Source of the DNA: Bugula neritina
Lineage: Eukaryota; Animalia; Bryozoa
Direction: 5' to 3'
NCBI GenBank assembly: GCA_964035545.1
Contig: OZ037771.1
Location: forward strand, 1,127,628-1,191,627
Length of the DNA stretch: 64,000 bases
The notes beneath the pieces were generated by a model. That model ran no database searches. It had not been told where the DNA came from and worked only from the letters and a program-made list of their open reading frames with translations. Made by a program: the position numbers and the translations under genes. Shown one piece after another: positions 50,401 through 63,668 of this stretch. Position 1 is the first letter of the stretch. The number at the start of each line of letters is the position of its first letter.

Positions 50401-53400
50401 CAGCAGACGGCATTGACTGACTCAAGTCTGGATGACTGGATGATTGAGGGACAGCAGATTCTGAATGATGTAATGAAGCTCCATCCAGCACTTCATACGA
50501 TCTCCGTACGTCTTCCTTATTGCCTGGATACTCTGGTGGTGGAGGTAGTAATTGATCACCACCCTAAATAATACAACCGACCAATGAGCACTATTTACCA
50601 TGTAATGTGGCCAAGTACGCATTAAAAATACAAACCACACGTAAACAATGAAACCAGATATGAGAAAGCAAGCAGTGCTACACAACATGAGAGAACATAA
50701 CTCCTATCTATATAAAACTGACATAGTACCTGGTTATAAACTGATATGAGGTGAACTGCACTCTTAGCAGGATGTGCCTGTTGAGTGGCAACGTTACCAC
50801 CGGACGTCTGTGTGGCTCCAGTGAAGTTTCCATAGTTGGGAAGATGCCAATACTGCGGGGGCTGTCCACAGTGAGCCTTGCTATCTAAGAAAACCCACAG
50901 GCTAAGGTTATAGCTAGACACATTCAATTCATGTGCATTGCACAGACAGACACCAGTTACTTACCTAGTGCCGCAGACAGACAGACACCTGTTACTTACC
51001 TAGTAGCACAGACAGACAGACACCAGTTACTTACCTAGTAGCACAGACAGACAGACAGACACCAGTTACTTACCTAGTAGCACAGACAGACAGACAGACA
51101 GACAGACACCAGTTACTTACCTAGTAGCACAGACAGACAGACAGACATCAGTTACTTACCTAGTGACGCAGACGTCGAAGAGTCCAGACTCCTGCTCTGC
51201 TGTGTATTCACCGTGTGCTGTATCAACTGACTAGACTGAGATGGCATTGAGTTAGACTGAGGTTTATGACGTTTAGATGTGGGCGCGACCTTCACCTCTG
51301 ACGCAACTGGTCGTCCTTCAGCTCCTCCTAGTTGCCTATAATGACAGGAGGGTTTCAGCTTGGTAATCGCAAGGAAAAGGCCACAAAGATCATGCCATAC
51401 CATAACCAAGTGAGTTACTCCACTTGCATCACAGATCATAGTGGGAAACAGCACCATGACTACAGGTTCTTGCAGGAAATTATTAAAGAAAATGTGATAC
51501 ATCCTGTTATTGCTAGCTGACAGCGAACCTAATATAAGAATAGATGACCACCAATTTAAGACATGAAAGATAAAAAAAAATAAAAATTAACAACAAAATG
51601 AGAAACTTTACGAGTCACATATGAAGGAGTGAACTGGAGTGAGTACAACCGAACTTAGCAACTTCTCTCATAGGATGAGACAACTCATTCAAACAATATC
51701 TCACAAGACAACTAACAATTACTGATATAATAAACTGAAAATACCTTCCAACTAGTGACTGATCTTCACAGAGAACTCGAGAAGACTGACTATGCCTGAG
51801 AAAGGTGTTCCTAAAACTACTCGCAGACACCCGGACTCGACACCATAGTGACTGTATGAAGGCAACGAGTTGATTAGCACAAGTAGATCTGCTACTAGAG
51901 GAGTGAGTGTGGTGGTCTCTACACATTGTCATACAACTAACTGTATGTCTTGTACCACTATAAACTTCACATTCCATAGTTGATCACCACTCATTGGCTA
52001 TAAGACACACTGCATCAATATGCTGGCGGGTGAAACTAGCCAATGTCAACTGACCAATGGCATGAAAGATAACATAAAAATGCTTTAAAAGTTGCCTTAG
52101 ACTACCGTGTATAAGAATAGGACGCAAAGAATCTGGATAACCTTGTTTGAATGCAAAAATTGAAAGAAGACCTGCAACATACAACTCACAATAACAGGAG
52201 AGGACAAATAAAAAAATATTGGACTCTATATGCAACTTATTCACATCTTCTACGTAGAACACCAGTTGCCACAACTCGCTCATCTCTCTACTACAGTTAC
52301 TACTACATATAGTCATTTAGAATTAAGAAATATTTACTGACACCTGATGAAGCTACTTATTGAGGGTTATCCTCTCTTTAAAAAAACATTTATAGGGGAG
52401 ACAACTCTTTAGTAGACAGAAACTGCTAAAAAGGCATTAACAATTATTATTTATCAAATGAGACTATTTTGAAAATTAAAGCAGTATTTTAACTACATAA
52501 TTCCACAATGAAATAATATATTGAATGGGATACCAGAAGTGTTCTATGATATTCATAAAATTGTTGCATTGTGAAGAAATCTAAAGTTGCGTTTATACCT
52601 CTGCTGAAAAAAGTACCGCGTTTCAGTTAATAACACCCCTTTATAGTTTAACTGAAACTCGGTGAAATCATATTGATGCGGAAGCTTACTTTCTAATAGT
52701 AAAATATTTGATGCTCTTTGAAAAGGCTGTGAATTAGTAAAGTTGACAGCATAAAAGCGATAGTTGAGAAAGCGTATAGTCGATGATATAATTATTAACA
52801 TATAAGTACTTCATCTAATCGACAAAATCATAATTAAATAACAATATTTACAAGGAGTTATTACTTCTTTTGATTATTATTCTTAACTTGATTAAGTTAT
52901 CACAGTACAAAAATTTCAACTCGGCCAAATTGAATTTCTGATTGAAAATCGTGAAGGTATAACCGCAACTTAGGACTTTGGTATCTAAATCTACTTGATG
53001 CAAAATTCTACTCCAAAGTGAAGCAGTGAATATCACAAACAGAGAGGTCTGGAGTTATTGGAAACTGTTCAAATGATAAAGTGCACAAAACTGAAGCTAA
53101 ACTGTGGAACTAATGGCAATCATAATAAAGTCAACCAGAGAAGAAAGAGTGATGTTGTATTACTGCTACTGCTAAATCAAGTGATGTTATGTAATGCTAT
53201 ATCTTAATGTTATACCATAATGTTATGTCTTAGTGTCACAGTATTATTTAGCTGACTACAAGCTGATGCGCAAGCAGGCCAGAATATTTCATGATACAAT
53301 ATTTTGACATCTGTGAAATTTATTTCTCCATCTATAACCTGTAATATGAGCAGTATAAGCATCTTTTGTCATTTGTTATACTCTGAAGGAAGAAAGTTGA

Positions 53401-55927
53401 AAGCTAAATAAACTAAATTGGTGCCACATGTGTAGTAACTAAGGCTATGTATTCACTGATACTGTGTAGTAACTGAGAGCGTATAGTCACTGAGAGTGTG
53501 TAGTGACTGAGACTGTGTGCTCACTAAGACTACGTAGTCACTAAGAGTGTGTAGTGAGAGTTAAGAACTGTGCAATATGAAAGAAGCAGAAGAAAACAGG
53601 TACTGACCATTCACTGGTATATTACATGCTGCAACACCTTTCCAAAGTAAAATAAAACAATACATTATATAATAATAGGCTATATCTACACTAACATTAT
53701 ATAACATATCTACACTAACATTATATAATATATCTACACTAACATTATATAATATATCTACACTAACATTATATAATATATCTACACTAACATTACATAA
53801 TATATCTACACTAACATTATATAATATATCTACACTAACATTATATAATATATCTACACTAACATTATATAATATATTTACACTAACATTATATAATATA
53901 TCTACACTAACATTATATAACATATCTACACTAACATTATATAACATATCTACACTAACATTATATAATATATCTACACTAACATTATATAATATATCTA
54001 CACTAACATTATATAATATATCTACACTATATCTTACAGCCAGCTAGGATACTGAGGTAGGATACTGAGCTAGAATACTGAGGTAGGGTACCGAGCTAGG
54101 ATACCGAGGTAGGATACTGAGGTAGGATACTGAGGTAGGATACTGAGCTAGGATACTGAGGTAGGATACTGAGGTAGGATACTGAGCTAGGATACTGAGC
54201 TAGGATACCGAGGTAGGATACCGAGCTAGGATACCGAGGTAGGATACTGAGGTAGGATACTGAGGTAGGGTACCGAGCTAGGATACTGAGGTAGGATACT
54301 GAGGTAGGATACTGAGGTAGGATACTGAGCTAGGATACTGAGCTAGGATACCGAGGTAGGATACCGAGCTAGGATACCGAGGTAGGATACTGAGGTAGGA
54401 TACTGAGGTAGGATACTGAGCTAGGATACTGAGGTAGGGTACTGAGGTAGGGTACTGAGGTAGGGTACTGAGGTAGGATACTGAGGTAGGATACTGAGGT
54501 AGGATACTGAGGTAGGATACTGAGGTAGGATACTGAGCTAGGGTACTGAGCTAGGATACTGAGGTAGGATACTGAGGTAGGATACTGAGGTAGGTTAGTA
54601 GCTGACATACAAGTCATTCCTCAAGCAGGTAAATAAAGCCAGTATTCTAGCCTAGTTGCTACTGGCAGTCTATTCTGCACATTCCACACATAGTATGAGC
54701 TCTCAGGATAGTGCACACCGGGTAGGCACTATGGAGGCTCAGGTGAGTGGAACAGTGAGAACACAGGCTAAACACACTTCCGACATAGTCACATATAAGA
54801 TTTAAGGAATTTGTTGTATTAGAATGTGAAATCACTGTTCTGACTGATTGTACACTCAAGGCAGCATCTAGGCAGCATCTAGGCATCACGCTGCTGCACA
54901 ACACACTAGTACAACCCATATATCTAATCACTAGCATACATTCCAGGCATAGCAGCACATAGCAGGCATTAGTTACACATTGCACATGACATAACCATGT
55001 TTACTGTTTACAATTTAAACAGCCACTAGTGCTGATACACAGCATCACTAAACACACTGCTGCCAGCTGCCAGCCCATTACACGTGGCAGCCACTGACAG
55101 GTGTACTTTGTATGATGTTGAGATATTCAGCACCTCATTGAAGTATGACAGCTACACTAATATCAGCCTCAATATACTTACATGTTCTGATATGTACACT
55201 GCTGCTGCTGCCGCTGGTGCTCTTCCTGTCTAGACTCTTCACCTTGCGGGTCTTGTCTGGGGGTCAGCCTTCCCTCCCCTTCTACTTTCTGAGACACTGT
55301 ACCTGTGGATATACCACAATGCATCATCTCACCACGCTGACAGACACAACACAAAGCAGCATGTTCTCAACAACCTACACCCAGACCACATATCGTCTTC
55401 ACAACACTGCTGACTTTCACTTGCATGAATACAACAACGGAGAATGTTACAAGGCAGCAAATGTCTGCTTGGCTTTTTGTAAGAGCTAAGCTTATTGGTC
55501 AGCTTAGAAAATGATTTGAAACCTTAGAATGGACTTCACAAAACACTTGCATTATGGGCTAATATCCTGGAATACAATATTCATGGAAAAAGATTCTCCA
55601 GAAAGTTGAGGAAGTTCACATAAACTCCCAGTATAATTATATACAGCTTGTGAGAGCTAAATATCTATTGGGGAGTTGTCCCCTTTTATAGAACTAGAAT
55701 AACACAACATTTGCAATACAGAAATGCCAGCAATGCACATACTTTGTTTACAAATTATTGTTAATTAGTATGAATACTGCACTAAGTGACGCCAGATATT
55801 CCAATCCCATGAGCTTACCTGATGAGGAATTTGAAATGTTAGCCTGCGGACTATGAGACATATGAGGGTAAGGGGGAGGTGGGGGCTCCTGACAGTACAT
55901 TCCACCTTCTGTGTGGGGTGAGGGCAT
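41464..55927 (-). CDS. AMOT: Angiomotin-family protein (PPxY motifs, coiled coil, C-terminal PDZ-binding motif); 5' exons incompletely resolved
   Basis: Exons: ~55959-55819 (PPPPPY), 55302-55182 (RQDPQGEE), ~51328-51160, 50884-50730 (PPQY, LPNY), 50563-50340 (PPPPEYP), 50028-49878 (RASQMVEILSEENKGLRNELEGYY), 48719-48575 (AHNSLVKSSVKKEGL), 44547-44437, 44275-44157, 43048-42882, 41827-41712 (EKDAIVQVLQRR), 41600-41464 (ends TWQV*). Phase is not resolved between 55182 and 51328. A further upstream exon ending ATG|GTGAGT lies at ~57250. Confidence 0.9.
43368..43856. repeat. 21-bp minisatellite, ~23 copies
   Basis: Unit ATACATATACTTATATACTTT. Confidence 0.96.
44016..44166. repeat. 42-bp repeat, ~3.5 copies, overlapping an angiomotin donor site
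   Basis: Minus-strand unit GCCTACAGG-GTACTTGTTGATATATTTTATTACCTTCTACAG. Confidence 0.95.
44626..44904. repeat. 9-bp minisatellite
   Basis: Unit TATACAGAG, with a short inverted portion at the right end. Confidence 0.96.
49208..49853. repeat. 20-bp minisatellite, ~32 copies
   Basis: Unit GTAAGACAGAGTGGTGGT(A/G)T. Confidence 0.97.
50940..51165. repeat. Variable-length (35-47 bp) repeat carrying donor-site copies
   Basis: Unit (CAGA)n-CACCAGTTACTTACCTAGTAGCA, ~6 copies; the last copy is the real donor at 51160/51159. Confidence 0.93.
53681..54029. repeat. 24-bp minisatellite, ~14 copies
   Basis: Unit TATATCTACACTAACATTATATAA. Confidence 0.96.
54044..54595. repeat. 13-bp minisatellite, ~42 copies
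   Basis: Unit TAGGATACTGAG(G/C). Confidence 0.97.
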
Positions 55928-56344
55928 TACCCACCCAAACAAGGTCGCTGGCCAATTATCTTCAACAAACAACATATTTCAACGGTTATGCTGTCCACAA
56001 AGCATTTCCATAGAGGCAGGGAATATTGGTGTGGGTTATAGGAACCGGTGTTAACCAATGCTGAATGCAAACAGCAGTAGCAAAGACCTGCATGTGAAGA
56101 GACTCTGGATTGGCAATAGAACTTTGTGATACAACTGCAAGGCATCTATCTAATAATCAATTGTTTAGGCAGCTAATCTAGTGAAGTGATGATTGGTGCT
56201 GCACTATTGATCTGCTGCATCATCATTAGTCTAATACTTGAACACAAGTTTTTAATAGAAGAACAAAGCAGAAACCCATTAGCATAATGTCTTTAGTGAA
56301 CTTTCAAACACAAACCATTGAAGTACACCATAAGCGACCTACTA

Positions 56345-56790
56345 TACTTATATAAGCACTGACCTATATCATGTGATATACTATATACACTGACCTACAT
56401 CATGTGGTATATTATATAAACTGACCTATATCATGTAATTTACTTACTTATATACACTGACCTACAACTTATCTACATTACCTATATCATGTAATATACT
56501 ATATAGTATATACACTGACCTACCTCATGTGATATACTATATACCCTGACTTACCTCATGTGATATACTATATACCCTGACCTACCTCATGTGATATACT
56601 ATATACACTGACCTACATCATGCAATATATCATATACACTGAGCTACACTATGTAATATACTATATATATACTATATATACTACATACACTGACCTGAAT
56701 CATGTGATATACTATATACTCTGACCTACATCATGTAATATACTTACTTATATACACTGAACTACAACTTACCTACATTGACCTATATCA
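56345..56790. repeat. Degenerate ~34-bp minisatellite
   Basis: Unit approximately CACTGACCTACATCATGTGATATACTATATA. Confidence 0.85.
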
Positions 56791-58369
56791 ATCGACGATC
56801 ACTGACTTCATGGCAACGTTATCTGAGTTGGTAATGCTATCAGTGAATTAAACTGTATGCTATAAGTTAGACTTTATACTAACTATGGGTAAGACTGTAT
56901 ACTTACTAAAAATGTGACTGGATACTTATAGTTATACTAATCACAACTATGAGCGAAACTGCAAGTGTATACTAATGAGTAATTACGTTAACTCATTTGG
57001 TTTAGGAAACCGAACTACTAACAGTAACAGCATAAACAACTGAACATACATAGTTTCAGTTTGTTTAAAGTTAAACTACTAACAGTGACAACATCAACAG
57101 ATGGCTAAACAACAAAAATACTTATTATAATTAGAAGTTTCATCACCAGTTGTCATAATGATAAGTTAAATCTGACATTAATTTTAAATTATAAAATTAA
57201 ATAAACACAAGTAAACTTTTCACAATATGAATAACAGATAGTCACTCACCATTTATCTGATATATCCTCTGCAGAAGATTAGTACATTAACATAAGTCAA
57301 TTAAATGAGCCTTTATAATTATTAGTAAAGTTAGACTGAAACTAGAAGTAGATGCTCCCTTTAGCTTCAAGCTCACTAATCATACAGTTTGACTTACAGT
57401 TACACTAAGTCTAACACAGTGTGAGTGTCAGTGTGAGTCAGAGTGACAGGTTGAGGTTACTAAATCAAAATCCTGAAAGTGAAAATGTAATCTCAATCTG
57501 GGATGCGCGGGAGAGTTTTTACTACGTCTACGACTAATGTCACTTGCTTTATTAGTGAAGTTAAACTACTAACTTTAAATAATCTTCTGGTACTGTCAGT
57601 CCTAGTTTTTAGTCCAATGCTATCCAGTTTGACTACTTTTCGTATTGCTTTTACTTTTACATTTTAGACAAAGGTGACAATAAAACTATAGTAGTTGCAC
57701 CTGAAACTTTAATTCAGCCTAAAATCACCGATTTATTGCTAGCGGCCCTATCTTTCAGCTTCGGACAAAATTCGCAAATTTTGGCTACGCTTGTTTAAAC
57801 ATTTTTCATTGGGTTATGCAAAAGTGGTGCGCCTTTGAAAATGTAACCTTAGCAAAAAAGGAACATAAATAATCGGAGCCTCTACAACAAAATAGCTTGT
57901 AAAATATAATAATTATGTAGTGTTGAGTACGAAAGAAGAAGATGAATATACTTTCGAGTACCCGTTGATATACTGAAACACACTCATAATTTTGGTTGAG
58001 ATTTAAGGCTACAGTCACGTTGGAATTTGCTAAAACTCGCTAGAAACAGCATCAAGTTGAAAGTGACTGAGTACAGTTATACTATTTGTATAGCAGTATA
58101 CAAATTGTTGTACGAACTCCAATGTGAAAACTCGAACCATTGCACTTAACGACCACCAACGTGTTGCTGCTTCAAATGATATCTGGAATTATTATAGTTG
58201 AGAAAATCTATCAAGTTCATAATATTTCATTGATTTTAATAATTCATTATCATTATGATACTCATAATAATAATGTATTAGTAGTAATTATTAGTATTAC
58301 TATTACTTCAGTATTACTATTAGTACTAGTATAACTAGATCATTATCATATGCAATTATAGAACAAAAT

Positions 58370-58549
58370 TTTTTCACACCTTTCACACCTATACGGTCGT
58401 AGTCCTGTACGGGTGACCGGTCTGCAGGTTTCCAATCTCTATCAGCGTCTGCCATCTTTCCCGGTCTTCTGCATCCTCTGGTTTAAGATCCCATCGCTTC
58501 ATGTCATCTCCTATCGTGTCTATCCATCTTCGTTTGGGTCGTCCTCTCT
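58370..58549 (-). mobile_element. 5'-truncated RTE-clade LINE (3' end) with 11-bp target-site duplication
   Basis: Minus-strand translation RGRPKRRWIDTIGDDMKRWDLKPEDAEDRERWQTLI...TV*, then a (GGTGTGAAA)2 tail. The direct repeat TAGAACAAAAT flanks it at 58359-58369 and 58550-58560. Confidence 0.92.
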
Positions 58550-59349
58550 TAGAACAAAATGATACTGATCAATTTATATTTCATACTAAATTAAATAATA
58601 TTACTTATTTATATTATTTATTACTTATAGTATTAGTTATAGTTATTACTATCACTATCACTATGACTATGAGCATCAGTATGAGTATGACATTGACTAT
58701 CACTATGAGTATGGGTATGAGTATCACTATCAGTATGATCAGGCTGAGACTATGACTATGAGTATGACTACCAGTATTACTATTACTATGATTGACTATC
58801 AATCTATGAGTATGGTATTCATATAATATGGGTTGTAATTTACAACCTAATGTAAATCTTAAAACTTATTATAAGTAATACTAAGTCTAATAGTAATAGT
58901 ATCAGATGTGAGATTGGGCAATATAGCATCTTTAAATTATGAGTTAAATTCTTTAACTCAGACTTTTTAGCACTTCATTTAACACTTCAATATAATGTGC
59001 AATTTCCCCACACATAACACAACGCGAAGAAATTTGAAATGTGGTATTATCATAAATATTGATATAATGCATTTTTGTTGATAGTTTTAACAAACATGGA
59101 AACTTACCTTAGGTTTTATTACCATGATATAATGTTCTGTAAATTTTTGTAATGTAATATTGATAATTAAGTTATATATTTGTATAAATAATAATAATAA
59201 ACGCATTTAATAATATAAATAGATTTCTGTAGAATCATTGAATTTGATTGCCGGTCTCATCATAACTGAAAATGCAAGTCATATAATTAAAATTAAAAAG
59301 CTGACAACCAATGAAATGTTATGGACGGTATTTTTTTAGAGGAACGACA

Positions 59350-61137
59350 ATGGATCAAACTGCTGTTACTACAGAAGCTTTGAGACTGGCTAGACAGTTG
59401 AAAGATGAGGGCAAGCATGGACAAGCTTTGGCTTACTTTCTCATTGCTTTTCACTCAGATAAAGAGTTGAAGGTCAGTTTTACAGTTGAATGGTGTTGAC
59501 CCTAAAATATTTTGAATGTTTCAGTTTTTGCATGTATTACTAAAATTAGAAAAAAAACTTTACGCTAGTAAAATGGCAAGTTTAGAGCTGTCAAGTACTT
59601 GAATTGTTTTGCCAAATCTACTTGATTAAGTTTATCTACTCAAGTTGTTTACAAGGGTTTTTAGTATTAGAAGAAATTACTGTTTTTGTTTTTTTGGCAT
59701 GTAATACCATTGCTTTTCTATTTCAATGCTTGAAGCCAGGTAGACTGGTGGTGGTAGGCGGTGAAAATTGGTGAAAATCGGTGAAAATCGACAAGGGCTT
59801 CAAGAAAGTCAGTAAATTGAAGTAACCTTTTTTTTCTAAAGCCTTTCTTCTATTCATGGACAGTCTGCATGACATATCACAAACTGTAATAATATGCATG
59901 TTTCTTGTAGGACCACACGGTGGTTGTGGACGAATTTGTAGACGTGTTTTGTGTTGGCTGTGATGCGTTGCTACAGAAAAATGATACTGAAAACCTATTT
60001 GAATGCTTTGCTCAGGCACTAGAAGCTTGCCCCAACTGTGCCAGACTCTACAGCCACATGGGTACAATATATTACAGGTGATCATACAATATATTACAGG
60101 TGATCATATTATATATTACAGGCAATAATATGATATATTACAGGTGATAATACAATATATTACTTTACCATTTATCATAATTTAATGATGTGGTATACAA
60201 TTGCATTTATTTCGACTATGTGTTATGCAATGTTACACAATGAAATAATATAATGTAAATTATACCACGAGTGCTAAATGCAGTGATGTGTACTACACAG
60301 CATACTACCACAAGTGCATGTTAGAACCTACGATACTTTACATCCTAATCTACACTGAAATGTATGTCAGAAGTAGAAACTTGTGTTTCTTTTGCAAGGC
60401 TGGGCTATTACACGAAATCCATGGATAGTTTCACTCAGGCTCTCCATTACAATCCCCACTGCGCTAGCACTATTGAAAATGTAGACAATCTAAAGTGTCG
60501 GGTGGTGGACCGGTGGCACTTCAGAATGTTGAATGATCAGCTAAGAAACAAGGCTTTCTACAAGGCTATCAGACATGCCAGCACGCTTGGCTTTACCAAT
60601 CTTCTCGATATTGGATGTGGGAGCTCCTTGCTGAGGTATTGTCAAATTTCTACTCTAGAAAGTTTCCTTTCTTGATTGAGAGCTGAAGGCAGAGGGAAAT
60701 AAGACAAGAAAGCTCAACATAGCTAGTGTTTGCTCCATTACTTGATAGTATGCTATAAATATAGTGTGATAATTTGCTGATCTGCTCATTTCTATGGCTA
60801 ATTCTCAATAGATTCCCAACTCTGAGGTGGTTTGTAGAAGGTTCTGGTGAATAGTTCTTACTTGATTGCAATATAATCCACAGTTATGAGTTCTACTATA
60901 TCTAATGGTATTACTGCTAAGTAGTTAAAGAGCCCAGTTAAACTTCTACTTAGTTATCTATATATTATAGTTTATTGACAAGTAAGCCTCAGCTTGCAGG
61001 AGTTATGCTCACTTTATATTTAGTATATTCTAATTCACTAACATAACCTGTAGAGTCTGAGGAGTTGTGTGCACCTAGCATTCAGTATATTTCTACTCAC
61101 TAATATACTACCTGTAGAGTATAAGGAGTTGTGTGCA

Positions 61138-61200
<63 letters not shown>

Positions 61201-63668
61201 TGGTTTCAGTATGATGGCGTTGCGATCGAAGTTTGCCAGTGTGTCAGCTTGTGATGAAAATCCAATCATGTTGAATATCAGCAAAGAGGTTATATCGGCA
61301 AACTGCTTACCTGGAGAGGTCAATTTAATAGCAAAAAACTCCACTGATGTCTTAACTCATGGCTCTTCTAGAGACTTGAACGAGAAGGTTGATGTTATTG
61401 TCACGGAAACAGTTGACTGTGGTAAGTGTAGTGTAGACCCTGCAAATACTGCATCATCTTTACTGTACTGTACTATACTATACTATACTACGCTACCTTA
61501 CACTATATATACTACACTATATATACTATCTACCCTATAGTACACTATGCTATACTATATTAAATACTATATATACTGTACTATGTGGGAAGATTTTGCC
61601 ATACTTTTCTTTGTGTCTTTTGACATGGCATTTTATACATTCAATATACGACACCTGTTATTCTCACATTCTAACCAAATTGTTTTGCAAAGTTGCACTT
61701 ATATAACCACACCTTCATGCTAACCATACTTGATGTTATTGAGGCACTGTCTTGTGTATTTAATAGGCTTGTTTGGAGAACGCATCTTGTCCACTTTGTC
61801 TCATGCATGGAAGAGTTTGCTGTCTAGAGAAAGTCCCCCCTGTCTAGTAATACCTGGCCGGGCTGAGCTCTACTGTACACTCATTGAGTGTGAAGAGATT
61901 CGTAGACATCATGTGTATGTTTCGGCTTGTCCTCTAATATACTCTACACATTGCTTTTACCTTTAGCAGTGTTTGTATTTCCTTTAGAAATAGTTTTTAG
62001 GCTGACATTATGACAACCAATTGAGTTTCAAACCTACTTAAAAAGTGTAGCCTGTAAACTATGCTTAATAATTGTATTTAGATGTTTCGCACCAGGTACC
62101 ACTCTAGGAGACTTGGCTCTGTTGACTTGTCGGGCTATAAGTTTGTTGATGTGACCTCCCACCCTAGAGAAGTTCTACCAAACCCTGAGGACTATGACCC
62201 GTACACGACATACGACCTCCGCAAGGTCAGGGGAGGTTACCGCTCTCTCACACACGCTCTCAAGTGTCTCAAGGTCAACTTCAATAGCGAGCAGGTTAGA
62301 GATTTACAAATGATTAACTGCGAACCTTTCATATCCTGTGATGTGGTGTTCTTCTAGCACGTGCTGGTATATTCTTTCTCTAATGTGAGTGTAAAAGTGA
62401 TGTCACTAGAGCTGCTGCCTGTACTAGAGTACTGCTGTTATGGCTGCTATATCTATTAGTTCAAGTAATAGTAGTATAATACTATTATTATTACTTGTGA
62501 CACCATTAGTACTACTACTAGTTGTACAAGTCTAGTACTTGTGTGACCACTGCTGCTAGTACTACAGTACGGCTACTAGTGCTACTACTACTAGTATTAC
62601 AGTACTGCTACTAGTACTACTACTACTAGTACTACAGTACTGCTACTAGTACTACTACTACTAGTACTACAGGGCGGTTACTAGTACTACAGTGTGGTTA
62701 CTAGTAGTATATGATAATTTCGGGATTATGTATGCTGCCACATTCACTGACTCTTCACCTGATGCCGTTATGTAGAATATTGACTACTTGCTGTCTGGAC
62801 ACAAAGAAGTAATTGAGTTGGAGGTGAAGCTATCTGGGAAGGCTGACGCAGTGGCTGTCTGGTAGATACACACATATACTTCGTAGTCATACTCACAGTT
62901 TCATAATATTCTATCATATTATCTGCATTTGGTAAACTTATTTCCTATGTGAAAAACAGAATATATATCATAAAGTGATGTGGTTAAGATTTAGATAGTA
63001 TTTCAAAGTTGTTATGGTGAACTCAATCTATGTTGAGAGAATTGTCAGGATTGTTAGGATATTGTTTATTAGTACTTCAGAATCCAAGAGTGTTTTAAAT
63101 GTGTGTATAGATTGTAAAGTGGAGCTTCTTTCAGCATCATTACTTGAATGAACATTTCGTAGTATAACACTTGGTAGTATATTACTCACGCGTGTCTAGT
63201 CATTATCTTCATCACAGAACTCTGCCATTTATTTGCTCCAGTGTGTGTCATACTATAAAGAAACAATCCACCAGAGTTTTCTCAGCTGGAGTTGTCTGCC
63301 CTCAGACTCTAATAGATATATATAGCAACACTAACTCTAATCTCTATGCTGTGTTTACTGCTCTGGTGATGTGAGATGTTGTATTCCAGGTTTGACCTGT
63401 ATGTGGATGAGAATAACATGATTAGCTCGAATCCTGAGGTTGATAACACTAGTTGTTGGGACGTGGCTGTGTTCCCCGTAACAGACGCATACTTCTTGAA
63501 TGCCAACAACCGTGTGTCTTTAGAGATGATTTCTGTTGACGACCACCTAGAGTTTAACCTACTTTCTACTGGCAATGCTTTGTCACATTGTACAGTAGGT
63601 CCACAGGCTAAAACTACATTGGAAGACAGGCTACAATTAATCTACCTTCACACTGAGGATATATACAG
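59350..63668 (+). CDS. PRMT9: Protein arginine N-methyltransferase 9 (TPR + methyltransferase), 5' part; continues beyond the window
   Basis: Exons 59350-59472, 59911-60077, 60399-60635, 61210-61421, 61767-61914, 62096-62294, 62776-62861, 63390-~63668. TPR-like N-terminus, VDRWHFRMLND, SAM motif LLDIGCGSSLLS, double-E loop VTETVDCGLFGE, AVAVWFDL, SCWDVAVFP. Confidence 0.92.
60064..60163. repeat. 22-bp repeat carrying PRMT9 exon-2 donor copies
   Basis: Unit ACAATATATTACAGGTGATCAT, ~4.5 copies; the first copy spans the junction 60077/60078. Confidence 0.9.
61140..61199. repeat. (TA)30 microsatellite just upstream of the PRMT9 exon-4 acceptor
   Basis: Perfect TA run ending 10 nt before the exon start at 61210. 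Confidence 0.97.

Noticed and set aside
59640-59860. Possible DNA-transposon fragment in PRMT9 intron 1 (GGTGAAAAT repeats)
   Set aside because: No TIR pair, TSD or second copy could be demonstrated within the window.
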